Positions 1 to 13,700 of a stretch of DNA of 64,000 nucleotides are shown here, in pieces (position 1 is the stretch's first letter; the number at the start of each line of letters is the position of its first letter). Under the pieces are notes generated by a model. The model had not been told where the DNA came from. It was given only the letters and a program-made list of their open reading frames with translations, and ran no database searches. The translations under genes and the position numbers were made by a program. Where the stretch lies: assembly GCA_038087875.1 (NCBI GenBank), contig CM075991.1:4836001-4900000 (forward strand), given 5' to 3'. The stretch comes from Malacoraja senta (Eukaryota).

Positions 1-1849
1 CATTTGCACTGACAATTGTGATGCTTTATTATTCACAAAATCTGAACACAATTCATACTCGATTTTATTTCAAGATGAGCTATTGCAAAATTAGGCCACT
101 GTGAAATAAGTTGCAGTTTTGTCACTGATTGTTTTGATGTTATGAAGTGGCTGATTATGTATCCATTTTCAAAGGAGCTGCTGATGTTTGCTTCTGCACC
201 ATGTCAGTAAAGAACAAAAGCAAAAGCATGTGTACGCATGAATTCTGGATGTAAAAGTCTTATAGTATCAGACACAATCTGACAACAAGTGTCAGCTGTG
301 AGCAGGGAACTGCAGGAAAGAATTGAGAATGTGGAAAGTAAGTCAGTGAACTAGCATTTGATGGATTATCGAAAATACAAAATGCGTATATTGATATGTT
401 GGAGAGTTTATTAACCTCATTATTTTAGATTATTTTCAAGACAATTTGCACAAAAATCTATTTCAACAGTCTCATGTTCCCAGAACCAGCAGGTTGCATT
501 GTGTGCATCTGTAGATAAAAAACCTCTGATCATTACTTTGGTCATAGCTCTTGCAGTGTAATAGAAGAAACAAAAGCAGACTGTTGGACAATGAATAAAT
601 ATTAAAAAATACCGACCCTGAAATGCTGTATTTTACACAACAGTCCATGATACTATTTACAATCCACCTATCTCCGTCGATCCATTTTCGTTGAGCCTCA
701 ACAGAAGCTTCTCGTACACTACTTACTAATTTTTTATTGTTTCAGCTCAAATGGATTCTATTTGAATGAATTTTAAAGGCATTTTTTAAGATGATGGCAG
801 CTAGAGATAAACAAAGATGTCAACAGGCTTACAGACTGTGGAAGGATATAGTGTTACCGCTAAGATCCAGAGCAGTTCCTGGTATTTCACAAGCACCACT
901 AAATTTCTTTGCTCCATTCAGCAGCGCTCAGACCACAAGATACCCCAGCACAAAACGACATCATAACGAGACTTGCTAACGAGGCTCCGTCATTGCCAAG
1001 AAGCTTGCATTTCACTCTTTAGGAATTAAGGGGAGAAATCAGCAGATCATCATTTGCCTGTAAATGAGTTAACTGAGCAGAAAACTGCCATGGTTTTGTT
1101 GATGTTATTAGCCTCTCTAAACTATTGGCTGGGAACAAATTCTCATTTAATGAGATGAGAAATGGTTTAATCATGACAGCAGTATTGCACATCTACCTGG
1201 CCCAGTAAGGAAGAAACAAACCAGCGGCAAGATTAAAAATGGGTAATGAGGGAAAGCTGAAGAGAAAAAGAGATTTCAAAAATATGGAGAGAAAGCTGTT
1301 TACTCACCAAACATGTATAAATCTTCAGATAATACAAAAAAAAATCTGTCCTGCAGAAATGTTTTAAATGTGTAGAAAGGAACTCCAGATGCTAGTATAC
1401 CGAAGATAGACACAAAGTGCTGGAGTAACATGATGGGTCAGGCAGCATCTCTGGAGAAAATGGATGGGTGATGTTTCCAGTTGAGATCCTTCTTCACACT
1501 GGTTATAGAAAAGGTCTAAAGAGGGTAGATAGAAGGCCATCCGGGGGAGTTCAAGAGCAGGAAGACCATTGGAGATGGGAGAAAGGGTTATCACAGGGTG
1601 GTGAGGACTCCTCATAGAAAAGGCATGGAGATGAATTTTTATGTTTCAAATGTTGGCTTGAAAATGAATTTACATTGAAATGTGCACAAAACCAATAATG
1701 CACATTCAACTCTTGCCATTTCACACTGATATCATTTTCTATTCAATCTGCACATATTTTGAGTGCACAACACCTAGTTTCATAGTTTAATCACCATTCA
1801 TGAACTGGACACCTGCCTACACATTCAGATGCTAAATGAACAGCTGTAC

Positions 1850-2090
1850 ACTAATTCTATCTTACACGGTAGGGACAGTTTATAGAAACCAATTAACCTA
1901 CAAACCTGCACGTCCCTGAAATGTGGACGGAAACTGGAGCACCTGGAGAAAACCACATGGTCACAGGGAGAACGTACAAACTCCGTACAGACAGCACCCC
2001 GTAGCCAGGATCGAACCTGGGTCTCTGGCACTGTTAGGCAGCAACTCTCCTGCTTCACTACTGTACCATCCGTGACGCTTTTCTGACTGC
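1850..2090 (-). mobile_element. HE1-like tRNA-derived V-SINE
   Basis: The minus strand has a tRNA-like head (B box GGTTCGATCC) and the V-domain GGTGCTGTCTGTACGGAGTTTGTACGTTCTCCC. Confidence 0.85.
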
Positions 2091-3189
2091 AGCGAAAGGG
2101 GATGAATCGATTATTTAAAAGGCCAGCAAGACAAGTTGTAAAATTGCCAATAAGACTGAACATGTTGAATAGCTCATAACATTCTACAGTTGTTAAGTTT
2201 TCCTTCACTTCAATGTTCTGGGATTTACTGTATGTTAATTAAAACCTTATCTCAAAATAATTCTCGCCTAAACACTTCAGTAAATTGCTTAGATGTAGTG
2301 ATGAGGGACACTTAAAAAAATACAATACTGCTTGTTGCGATAGACTGTGTAACCTTCAGTTTTTATTTATTTTATGCACGTAAGAATGGGCATACTGTAG
2401 ACTATTTTGTTCAATATGTGCAGAGGTCAAAAGGACATCGGCATTCTCCTTCAACAATGAGATGAAACTGGTACAGGGTGAAATGTTTTCTGACTGATGT
2501 GCATAAAGTGATTGGGGGCAGTGAGTTTCAACCTTATGTGGTCATCTGAGTCAGTGAATTTCTTCCCCTTATGCAGGGGCCTGCCCCTGAAGTAATACTT
2601 TTTAGAAGAAGCACATGTGCAGGGGGTTTCATTTGACTTAGAAAAGTTAGATGTAGATAATAATAGACTGGAGTTCTAAGATGAAAACATTCTTATGAGT
2701 GGTAGGCACGGATAGTTGAAGTAATCGGATGGAGATGGTAACATACAAGCTTGCATTACACTGGATAGAAAACTTTGCTCTGTGTTTCCAGCAAAAGATT
2801 ATGTGTAAATTTTACTCATGCAAGTGAAGTCTCTGAAAGAGATGACAGGGAAATGCAATGCTTCAATGGAATAGCTTGCCTCCTTTGTTGATTCTGGAGG
2901 TCAAACCTTAACACCTAATGTGTAGTTCCAACAGGCAATCCACACAAATTACACTGCACTAGAAAGTATTCAAAAATACAAGTGGAAAAGAGTGGGTCCC
3001 CTTCAGAACCAAGGGAGTAATCTGTGTGTGGACCCATGGATGTAAGCGGGATCCGAAATTAAGACTTCTCATCTGTATTCACCAAGGAGAAGGATATGGA
3101 AAATAGTGATTTCAGGGAGGAATATGTGGATAATCTGGAACTTGTCAGTATTAAGGTGTTAAGTGTCATAGGACACATTTTGTGGGGAA

Positions 3190-3450
3190 GATCCTGTCTC
3201 AGTAATTTAATGGAGTTTTTGAGGAGGGACAGGGAGTTGATGAGTTGTTTGTGAGGCTCTGTCTAAACAGAGCTGCTTTTGTGGTGTCCTTGAGAGCTTC
3301 TTACAGCACCACCTGATTATGTCGATGTTCTGGGCCATGTTGTTGAAATGAAGAACGTGAATAAAGCAGTGGTCAGCCCAGTTGTCGATGCCTGTCATGG
3401 CATGGGTCATGTCGACATTTTTGTTCTCCCTCAGTCGAACCAGTCCCAAC
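3190..3450 (-). mobile_element. RTE-clade LINE endonuclease fragment
   Basis: VRLRENKNVDMTHAMTGIDNWADHCFI resembles the RTE APE C-terminus (VR.RD.KDV.ITRAM.GA.CWTDH). Confidence 0.6.
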
Positions 3451-4739
3451 TATGCTAGAAGCTTTAAGTGAAGCCCATATTTTCTGTGAAACTGACAGCC
3501 AGTTCTACTTCAATACTTTCAAACTGAATCATTTGATGGTGGCTGGTGTTCAAGGTCTGAGCTTCCATTGGAGCAACAATAAAATTCATCTTTGAAATGG
3601 AATGGTGAAAAGGGGAACAGACAATGGACACAACAGACAATGGACATGACAAATCAATGGTGCTTTAGTTCAGCATACAATTATTTAAATAGCTTTTAGG
3701 GTGGCAAGGCATTTTACCCCTTTGCACATTTGCTCAGAGTTGCTCCACTGGAAAAGTCATAATAACTGAAAGAAAATCATCTCCCCTCACTCTGACTACA
3801 GCTTTTGTAATCTTATTGTTCCCTCTCAGCCAATGAACCAAACAGCTGAGATTGCCACTGCTCAATGTGATGTGGTGCTTTCTGAATCTGACCGTTATGG
3901 TTCCTGAGCCACTGATAATATGGAGAAGCAAAGGTGTGCAGAATACCAATGCAGGATAGGGTGATACAGTGGCACAGCGGTAGCATTGCTGCCTTACAGT
4001 GCCAGCTTGTTCCAGCCTTGCTACATCATTGATAGAAAATGGAAGTGCTCATGGAGATGGATAATTTATTAAGCAAAGTCACTGCTTTGTACCAGACTTT
4101 CTGGGTGATATTAGAGCTCCCCTCTCCTGGCAGGGTCAATCACTCATAACATACCTCGTTAATGGTAGCAGACCTTTGGCAGTGGGGAGGTATGTTGCAG
4201 AAGGCTTGGCCCCTGTGATATGTTTATAGCCATAGAATTTTAGAACTGGACCACTTATGTCATCACCCAGGATTTGACAACAGGGATGGGATTGCCATCG
4301 AATGTGACGTGGAAGTGGTTAGAATTCTGTTGCTGGTTTTTTTAACGCAGGTTTGCAAACAGCAAGCATTCGAATGCTTTGTTTTGGTGATGTGCTTTGT
4401 GTTCATGGCATTGCATATTAAATAGTCCATTTGGCACACAAATTGCTATGTAAGCAATGTAAGAGCGCCCTTATGTAATACTGATATTCTTGTATGTTTG
4501 AAAAATACAAATAGTTGGCAGAGAAACTGCACAAAGCTTACAATGAATTGCAGTTATAAAGAAATTGCACAAATGTGAACAATAACTTGTCTAGCAACCA
4601 AAACTTTATTTTGCATACAGTGTAAATTCAGCATTAACTCTTCAAGTCACATCCATGCAATGAGCAGCAACACTATCCATCCTATGTGGCATGTCTCAAA
4701 GTGCAAGCAGAGCAAATGAGAGATCAACGCTCTGTATTC

Positions 4740-5380
4740 TCACCATGGAATAGGCCCAGCGCAGTCCTGTTACGTGAATATGTTCATTCGAAAATTTATC
4801 CCAGAAGCGAAATGGATCCGCCAACAGTCATAAAAACACAAAATACACAAAACACAAAATACATGGAATATGAAATTAAAGTGATGAGTGGAAAGGCTTG
4901 GGGGGATGTGCAACGATTGGTGGGTAGGGTGGGGGAGTCAGTCTCAGTCGACCACACGAGAGAAAAGGGAGGAGTTGTACAGTTTGATGGCCATAGGGAA
5001 GAAGGATCTCCTGTGGTGTTTGTCCTGCATCTTGGCGGAACCAGTCTGTTGCTGAAGGTGCTCCTCAGGTTGACCAGTGTGTCATGGAGGGGGTGAGCTG
5101 TATTACCCAGGATGCTCCGCAGTTTGAGAGCATCCTTCCCTCCAAGACCACCTCCCATGAATCCAACTCCACCCCCAGGACGGAGCCAGCCCTCCTGATG
5201 AGTTTGTTGATCCTATTGCCGTCCACAGGCTTCGCCCTGCTGCTCCAGCACACGGCAACGAAGAAGATGGCACTGGCTACCACCGATCGGAAGAACATCT
5301 GCAGCAGACGTTGAAAGAGCAGAGCCTTCTCAAAAAGTACTGCTGGCTCTGTCCCTTGTATAGGGCCTCAGCGTTCCTGG
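4740..5380 (-). mobile_element. Rex1/Babar LINE 3' fragment
   Basis: Frameshifted ORFs FFRSVVASAIFFVAVCW...INKLIRRAGSVLG and HPLHDTL...STFSNRL..PRCRT, typical of the Rex1 RT C-terminus. Confidence 0.8.
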
Positions 5381-6049
5381 ATGTTCATCGATTTTATGTC
5401 AAGTTTCAGATACTTGGAATAAGTTACTCCAAACAATGTTGAATAAACATGCAGTACTTGGATTTACTTCAGTACATTATTTAGTTCTGTAAAGCTGTTG
5501 TCTTTATGTAGTTGGCCATTTCAATACAAGGTGGAGTTTAATGAACTGTGGGATGAAAAGTGATGTTGCATGGAAATTGCAGTCATTTTTCTCGCAGTGA
5601 GCATGTTTTTTAAAGTGCATCTGCTGCCTGCTGGCAATGAAATTCAGAGTTAAACAACGATCAGTTTGACTGAAAGCAAGCAATTGTGATATTGTTGTAC
5701 AGTATTTGGACATAATCACAACGTTTTAAACTGATCGTTTCTTTGCAGGATCACAAAATGATTATAGATGAGGTCTAACCTCCACTAACTACGACACATC
5801 ACTAACTTCCACCCTGCCCTCAAATTCACTCAGACTATCTCTGATGCCTTGTCCCCTTTCTTGATCTCTCTGTCTCCATCTCAGGGGATAGACTATTGAC
5901 TGATGGCCTTATTCTTCTCCCAGCTCCCCCCCTCAGCTTTCTGGTCCCCTTACTAGAAATAGTCTGATGAAGGGTCCTACCTGAAACATTGCATATCCAT
6001 GTCTTCCAGAGATGCTGCACTGTAGAATTTGATGGTCACCAAGTACATC

Positions 6050-6870
6050 TGTCTCCATCATGTTGCAAATGTTGATTTATCATTCAAGGTGTCTCGAATA
6101 GTCAATTTGTGAAACCACTTCAAATTGTTGAAAATGTGGGAGGCATGATGAGTAAGTGTGCAGATGAAATGAAAATTAACATTATTTTGATAGTCAGGGT
6201 GATTGTCATGTTTCAAAGCAGTACTGATCAGTTGTAAATTGGGCAGATTAATGGCAGATAGAATTTAATCCAAATAAGTGTGAGATGGTACAATTTAGAA
6301 GGTCCGATAAGGGCCGGAGTACTAAGGAACAAAAGAACCTTGGTGTACATGACAACAGATCCCTAAAGGTGGAAGCACCGCTGAAGAAGGTACACAAGAT
6401 GCTTGTTCTCATTAGCTGGCACAGCAAATTTAAAAGCTTCAGAGTTTTTCATCCAATGTTATAAAACTTGTGAATGTACTGGAGAGGGTGCAGAGGAGAT
6501 TTACCTTGATGTTGCCTGTGGTGGATCATTTAAGAAGAAAGACTGGATAGGCTGGAATTGTTTTTCTTGGAGCAGAGGAGGCTGAGAAGGAATTTGATTG
6601 AGATATGCAAAATTGTAAAAAGCATTAACTGGGTAAATAGGAACCTTTCTAAATTCAGAGGTTTCTTAGACCAGAGGCCATAGATCTAAACATGGATGGT
6701 GAAAACAGGTAGTCACGCCTATGATAGTTAATAAGTATCTGTTTATGCACTTGTATCACCAAGACATGGAAGGATACTGAACATACACAAATATTAATGA
6801 ATAAAGATAAATGTGATGGTTGGCATCGCTATGAAGGGCTGAAGAGCCTATTTCTCTGCTGTGTGACTCG
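6050..6870 (+). mobile_element. CR1 (HER1-like) LINE 3' fragment, old
   Basis: Degenerate SK(F)ADD, WAD.WQ.EFN..KCE..., ERVQRRFT and a CR1 3' UTR ending tgtgactcgatgagtc. Confidence 0.7.
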
Positions 6871-7568
6871 ATGAGTCTAAGATTTGGAATGACAAAAGCT
6901 GTGGCTCGGATGAAGGGTGAATGATGCCAGTGGCAAGGATTGGTTTTATTGAATGACCTTTTTGTATTACACCATTTACAGTAAATTAATGTACAGATAT
7001 CTCCAAAAAATAAAGCATGGAATTGTTTTGAAAAATAAAATTTAGACGCAACAAATGTGTTGAGCATTGAGTTAACGCATAAATGTGAAAGCCAACAAAA
7101 TGGCTTGCAATGTTATTTTAGAAGAAATCTCATAAATATCAAATTAAGAGATTCAGTGGACTAAGGCCACTGTCTTTATATATTGCAAGACTGGTTTGAG
7201 CACAATATGATTTGTAATGGCTCTGGGTTTTATAGAATGACTATCAATTTCAGTATTTTTATGTTGCTTTCTTTTCCTAAAGCTAAGTTCTCAGTCTTCT
7301 CCCATATCACTAAAACACAGTTTTGTATTGTTTATATTCACAATGTGTATTGATTTCACATTAAAATATGAACAAATTCTGAACCATTTGATTTTATCTT
7401 TTCTGCTGATTACCATAGTGCAGAGTAAATGCCATACACATTTGAGATAAGGGATGTGTTTGATAAATATATCTAATTTACAAGATAAGTTGCGCAATTG
7501 CTTTTTGGGTGAAGGAACCCTTTTAGTGTTATTTTTTATGACTTTAATTTTGTTTCATTGTATCACAG

Positions 7569-7685
7569 CGTATAGGCCTCCCACCCCTCCATCTGGCACA
7601 GGCTACCACCGTTACCAGTTCTTCCTTTATGAGCAACCAGTCAGCAGAAGCATTTCACTGGATGAACACGAAGCAAAGTCCTTAA
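7569..7685 (+). CDS. pebp4: Internal coding exon (117 nt, phase 1/1) of a phosphatidylethanolamine-binding protein 4-like gene
   Basis: Acceptor ...ttgtatcacAG|CG and donor A|GTAAGT. Translation (x)YRPPTPPSGTGYHRYQFFLYEQPVSRSISLDEHEAKSL contains the PEBP PP-x-G-x-G-x-HRY-x-F-x-L/V-Y-x-Q motif. An intron right after ISL...E matches the PEBP4 penultimate exon; PEBP1 has this part in a continuous last exon. Confidence 0.88.
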   Translation, partial: RIGLPPLHLAQATTVTSSSFMSNQSAEAFHWMNTKQSP

Positions 7686-8289
7686 GTAAGTCTATTAAAG
7701 AAAGGTGAGGGGCAAAATTTTATTTTTGTTCCGGAGGTGACAGTATCTTCACCAGTTATTAAAAATGTGGATGTGTAAGGTGTTTGCAGAACTCCACAAC
7801 ACAAAAGATTTTAATAATTCTGACTGGATTTTGAAAGAGTGGGATACTTATCTGCATCAAAGACCTTAGTTGCAAAGCTGGCTATAAGCCCTTGTGATGC
7901 ATTTGCATTAAATCGATATTGCCAAGTGGAGCCAAAACTTCTGAGGAGGTGGGCAAATTTGAATGAGCATTGTCTTGGGAAGCTTTTGGAACAATAACAT
8001 TTGCTGGAATTGATTAAAAAAGAGGTAATAAAGATGACTTTTTTTTACATCAAACCAAGTAATTGTCCAGCATTCCACATCACTGGGTAAGCAGAGCACC
8101 TACAAAATACCACTGTTTCATAGTTTGACTGCATTAATTTGCTTATTTATAGATTTAATTGGACCTTGAAGTAGGTGCATTTTTATCATTGAAGCAAATA
8201 GAAATATCCCATCAGTATTATCTTTATCATCAATACACTGGCATCAAGGTTATATCTAGAAAACCTTTTTATCCAAACCAAGTTAAAGT

Positions 8290-10707
8290 GGAAGGGGCGT
8301 CTGCCTCATGGTCAACTCTGCGTGGTGCTCAGACGTGCCAGTCCTGTCCAACTCCTGCTCTCCACACCTCGAACATCTGGCGTTGAAGTGCCGCCCATCC
8401 TACCTTCCGAGGAAATTCACCTCCATCATCCGGACCGCGGTCTACATCTCAACCCAAGCAGACGTCCGTCTGGCACTGGAGGAGCTGCACGCCGTGGTCA
8501 ACAAACACCAGACGTCTTACCCCGAGGCGTTTACCACCAAAGCTGGGGACTTCAACAAAGCAAACCTCAAGAAATCGCTCCCTAACTTCCACCAACATGT
8601 TTCCTGCTGCACCAGAGGACCAAACACCCTCGACCACTGCTACACCGCCATCAAGGATGCCTATCGCTCTACCCTCGCCCTCACTTCGGTAAATCCGACC
8701 ATTCTTCCTGCTTCTTCCTGCCTAGGGACCTGAACGAATACACCACAGTCGTTACAGGGGAAATGTGTGGAGGACTGCATCTCAACAAAAACCTTCCAAG
8801 TGTTTCCCAATCAGAAGCCTTGGATGAACTATGAGATCTGCACTCTTCTGAAGTCCAGACACTGGGCATTCATGTCTGAAGATACCGAGGACTACAAGAA
8901 GACCAGATACGACCTTAGTAAGGCCATCAAAAAGGCCAAAAGGGACTTCCGCTCCAAGCTGGAGGATGTGACGGATGTTCGGCAGCTGTGGTGGGGCCTG
9001 AATGCAATCACCTCCTACAAGGCGAAATCAGGAGGCAACTCGAATGTCGGCGAAACATCACTCCCTGACGAGCTCAATGCGTTTTACGCACGCTTTGATA
9101 GGGAGAACACTGAAGTGCCTTCTCAAGCCCCCATTCGCTGTGATGGTATTTCAGTCACAGTCACTGAGGTCGACACCAGAAAATCCTTCAGAGGGGTGAA
9201 CCCTCAGAAAGCGCCTGGACCTGATGACATACCCGGTCGTGTTCTAAAAACCTGTGCGGACCAACTGGCTGGAGTTTTTACGGACATTTTCAACCTCTCA
9301 CTTCTGAGGTCTGAGGTTCCCACCTGCTTTAAAAGGGCATCAATTATACCGGTGCCCAAGAAGAGCAAGGTGACGTGCCTCAATGACTATCGACCTGTGG
9401 CACTAACGTCGGTGGTGATGAAGTGCTTTGAGAGGTTGATCATGGAGCAAATCAATTCCTACCTCGACAAAAACCTGGACCCACTGCAGTTCGCTTACTG
9501 CCACAACAGATCAACGGTGGATGCGATCTCACTGGCTCTCCACTCCGCTCTGGACCACTTGGACAACAAAAACTCATATGTCAGGCTGTTATTCATTGAC
9601 TACAGCTCGGCATTTAACACAATCATCCCCTCAAAGCTGGTTACCAAACTCTCAGAACTGGGTCTCTGCGCATCCCTCTGCAATTGGATCTTCGACTTCC
9701 TCATTCACAGACCACAGTCTGTTCGTATTGGTGGAAATGTGTCAGCCTCGATAACAATCAGCACGGGAGCACCTCAAGGCTGCATGCTTAGCCCCCTGCT
9801 TTACTCACTCTATACTCATGTCTGCGTAGCTGGTCATTGTGCGAACTCCATCATCAAGTTCGCTAACGACACCACTGTTGTGGGATGTATCACTGATGGA
9901 GATGAGTATAGAAATGGGATCGACCGTTTGACCAAATAGTGCCAGCATAATAACCTGGTTCTCAACACGAGCAAAACCAAGGAACTGATTGTGGACTTTG
10001 GAAGGGGTAGGATGGGGACCCATAGTCCTGTTTATATCAACGGGTTGATGCTGGAGAGGGTCAAGAGCTTCAAATTCCTGGGCGTGCATATCTCTGAAGA
10101 TCTCTCCTGTTCCGAGAACACGGATGCAATTATCAGCGCCTCTACTTCCTGAGTCGGTATGTCAAGGAGGACTCTCTCAAACTTCTACAGGTACACAGTG
10201 GAGAGCATGCTGACCGGTTGCATCGTGGCTTGGTTCGGCAACTTGAGCGCCCAGGAGCGGAAATGACTACAAAAAGTTGTACACACTGCCCAGTCCATCA
10301 TCGGCTCTGACCTCTCTACCATCGAGGGAATCTACCGCAGCCGCTGCCTCAAAAAGGCTGCCAGCTTCATCAAAGACCCACACCATCCTGGCCACTCACT
10401 CATCTCCCCGCTGCCCTCAGGTAGAAGGTACAGGAGCCTGAAATCTGCAACATCCAGGTCCAGGAATAGCTACTTCCCCACAGCCATCAGGCTACTAAAC
10501 TCAATTCATACAAAACTCTGAACATTAATAACTCATTGCACTTTATCTGTTTATTTATTTGTGTGTGTATATATTTATTCAATGGTATATGGACACACTG
10601 ATCTGTATTTATGCCTACTATATTCTGTTGTGCTGAAGCAAAGCAAGAATTTCATTGTCCTATCTGGGACACATGACAATAAACTCTCTTGAATCTTGAA
10701 TCTTGAA
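8290..10707 (+). mobile_element. Rex1/Babar-clade LINE, 5'-truncated and inactivated (partial APE endonuclease + RT)
   Basis: ORFs show AGDFNKANL and TLDHCYT (APE), FPNQKPWM, PGPD.IP, NDYRPVALTS..MKCFE, LFIDYSSAFNTI, GAPQGC.LSPLL and KFAND (catalytic FADD mutated). The C-terminus reads HPGHSL..LPSGRRYRS and the tail is (CTTGAAT)n at ~10688-10707. There is an internal deletion near 8725 and there are stops and frameshifts. Confidence 0.93.
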
Positions 10708-10873
10708 GTGATGCATTTGTTTTATGGTAATTTTCACATGTAATTTTGCTTACTCAACACATTTATTAACCCATTTGAAAGTGGCTTATTTTAAACTGCA
10801 GCTTGACTAAAGATATCTTGTGATAAATGTATTTCACAAAAGATGTACAGAATAAAATAATACATTCTTTCAG

Positions 10874-11106
10874 AGTTTTATGAGGGTACAACAGGTAGCA
10901 AGATGTTGGAGGACTGCATTCAAACAGCATTCACTCCAAATGCCATCAATTTCAGGATGCCTGTACATATGCACAAATTGGCTATTCTTCAGAAGAACAT
11001 TGTTGACTGCACTCCAATGTTGGACTCTTCACGGATCATGAATTTGCTGGAATTCATCAGCATTAAACTGGGGAATCTGGCAATTGAACATGATTTGTAT
11101 AGTTGA
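10874..11106 (+). CDS. Candidate alternative terminal exon for the PEBP4-like gene (speculative)
   Basis: Good acceptor (cattctttcAG). The A left from 7685 plus AG gives Lys and continues in frame into ORF 10903..11106 (77 codons to TGA). There is no clear PEBP C-terminal motif and no nearby AATAAA. Confidence 0.2.
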
Positions 11107-11665
11107 ATAAGCGTTACTATTCATTTCAATGCAGAGAGATAGCTATGAAAGATAAGTGTTTTTTTTTTTAAATGGAGCTGATTTAAATGACAAGAGGCTA
11201 ACAGATCACTAGTTTCCTGTTTCCTATATCACTATATCTATATAAGTGTGTTGTCTGAATCTGTGTGCAACTGCGACTGCTGCAAGCATGATTTTAATTG
11301 TACTCATACCTCACCATACTGGTGCACATGATTATGAACTCAATTTGATTTGATTTGACTCGTACATCTTCGGTGTCTGTCTTATTCTGGTTCAACCATG
11401 CCTTGGTTAAACTTGGTTAAAAGTTTAAATAATTCTCATTGCCTGATAAGATGCAATTTGATATAACGTGAATACCGGGCCATCTATCGAGTTTGGTATC
11501 TTATTTGGACACTGAACATAATTTATTTATTTAGATGTTTTCATTGACCACTATAACATTATTATGGTTTGATAGCTTCGTCATGCGCCCTTGCAATTAT
11601 TCCGGCTTTTTTGTTCCCAAAATGCACATTGTATTCACAATAATAGCTGTGTTCTTATCGTTTAT

Positions 11666-11886
11666 AGGTACACAAAAATGCTGGAGAAACTCAGCGGGTG
11701 CAGCAGCATCTATGGAGCGAAGGAAATAGGCAATGTTTCAGGCCGAAACCCTTCCTCAGAAGAAGGGTTTCGGCCTGAAACGTTGCCTATTTCCTTCGCT
11801 CCATAGATGCTGCTGCACCCGCTGAGTTTCTCCAGCATTTTTGTGTACCTTCGATTTTCCAGCATCTGCAGTTCCTTCTTAAACAC
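11666..11886. mobile_element. Penelope-derived fold-back (palindromic) element
   Basis: Inverted arms of ~90 bp; TSD TTCTTAT(C/A)GTTTAT (11652-11665 and 11887-11900). Confidence 0.8.
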
Positions 11887-12682
11887 TTCTTATAGTTTAT
11901 TCTAGTTTGGCCAACAGTACTCTTTAATGCTTATAAAGTGGCTGGTTTCATACAATCTCACATATGCTGCCAGTTCTGCATTAAACTTTCCCACATGGGT
12001 TTCCCCTGTTGTGTATGTGGGTAGTATTATCTATGTGGTATTTTGTATCATTTGGGTACTATGCACAGGGGAAAGCTCCGGATGATTCAAAAGCACATTT
12101 TACCCAAATTTGTTGGTCTTCAATTGCTTCTACCATGCGTACCAAAGCTAAATTACCTTCACATACTGTTTTCCCTTCCCCAGAACTAATATTATTGTTA
12201 AAACAATATGTGTAATACAGCTGTTTTAAATATGTGCCAACTTTAGATGCTTTCCCCAGGTAATTAACAGTTGGTCTGGCTGTCATTATATCATTGTCTC
12301 TATTTCTCCCCATAGAAATAAAAATGTACGGTTGCTCTGTCTTGGCCCTGTTTATATGATTCAGGACAAGCAGAGAAGTTACTTATTTAGAAACTTTGCA
12401 AATAGGTCCTTGATATGTATGGCTCCTTACTTTAGATCCTGTGCACATTTCCTGAAAAGGTGGGATTGATAACTGTGCCACTACTGCTGTAGGCAAATAA
12501 AAACATCCTCTAAGGTCCACCATTTCACCACCCCCGTAAGTCATTTTCTCTCTTTTGCTTTAGTTGTGTTTGTGTAATTTTATCAGATTGAATTTACCTC
12601 CTTGTGGAAAACAAGGGCATTTTCCACAATATTGTATGACACCTAATCTAGTGGTTCAATAATGCTTGGAATTAGGAAATAT

Positions 12683-12897
12683 ACAAAATGCTGGAGTAAC
12701 TCAGCGGGTCAGTCTAGAAGACTGCTGGGGTCCCTGGATGAGGGAAGTCTCCATCCTGGAACCCCAGCAGTCCTTCCAGTCCAACCCAAAACGTCACCAA
12801 TCCATGTTCTCCAGAGATGCTGCCTGACATGCTGAGTTACTCCAGCACTTTGTGTCCTTTTGTAAATTGACCAGCATCTGCAGTTCCTTGTTTCGAC
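12683..12897. mobile_element. Penelope-derived fold-back element with an extra internal hairpin
   Basis: Arms acaaaatgctggagtaactcagc / gctgagttactccagcactttgt; internal palindrome at 12717-12776. Confidence 0.7.
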
Positions 12898-13482
12898 ACT
12901 AATGTTTTTTTTATCTCCTCTACAAAACTGGCCTTAAATTACTTAATTCTACTGCCTTTTAGCTATTGAATGTGTGAACAATTATCTGATGTTTTCATGG
13001 GTTACTCTATAGTAACTCATGGGATGAGTATCCTATGTGGGAGATACTTTGCTCGTTATTCATTGATATTTCATCCCATTTTATGTCTTCTGTTTATCGA
13101 ATCCTCTCCAGTCTTTCGTTTATTATCCTATTTATACATCCAACGTTTTCTGAAGTCAGTGGATTATGGCTTCCATGTTACTTCCCTTCAACAGGCAACC
13201 ATTTCAAGGTCACCCTCATTACCTTTCTGATAAAGTGATAGTCCTGATCTGATTCCAGCACACTCGGCCATTCAAATCTAGAGAACACCTCTCACATCTT
13301 GATCTTATCTGTGATTAGTACAGTAATTGCTTTGCATATAAAAGGCTTAACTCATTTAGTCATGATATCCACTAATAATGCTGAAAATTGGGAGAAATCC
13401 AATAAAACCTACCTGTACGCACTACCATGTCCCCTCTATCTCCAGAGTGTGCCTAAGCAAAGCTTTCCCATTGTGAGTCTGA

Positions 13483-13700
13483 AGGGCCTGTCCCACGTGG
13501 CTGTCATTTGCGCGTCATTTACGCTACATCATTTATGCGTCACAACGCAAGACGCGCGTGTCGTGCATTACGCGTGCATGATGCGTGGTGAGGCGCGGTG
13601 GCGTAGGCAGTGACGCACGGTCACGCACGGCGCCCCAGGATTTGGGGATTCACAAAATCTTCGCGTGTCACCTGCGTGACACCCAAATGGGACAGGCCCT
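13483..13700. mobile_element. 218 bp PIF/Harbinger-like (Tourist-type) MITE, copy A
   Basis: TIR AGGGCCTGTCCCA...TGGGACAGGCCCT, flanks TGA/TCA, CpG-rich interior homologous in inverted orientation to 63197-63417. Confidence 0.85.

Noticed and set aside
306..344. Possible upstream PEBP4 exon ending in A|GTAAGT (ELQERIENVE)
   Set aside because: Weak acceptor and no resemblance to the expected G.DL..G.I.G..LS exon.
4686..5314. Plus-strand ORFs of 76-136 aa (also 9805..10089 on the minus strand, and 56983..57228 and 57752..58051)
   Set aside because: Antisense shadows of Rex1 RT coding sequence.
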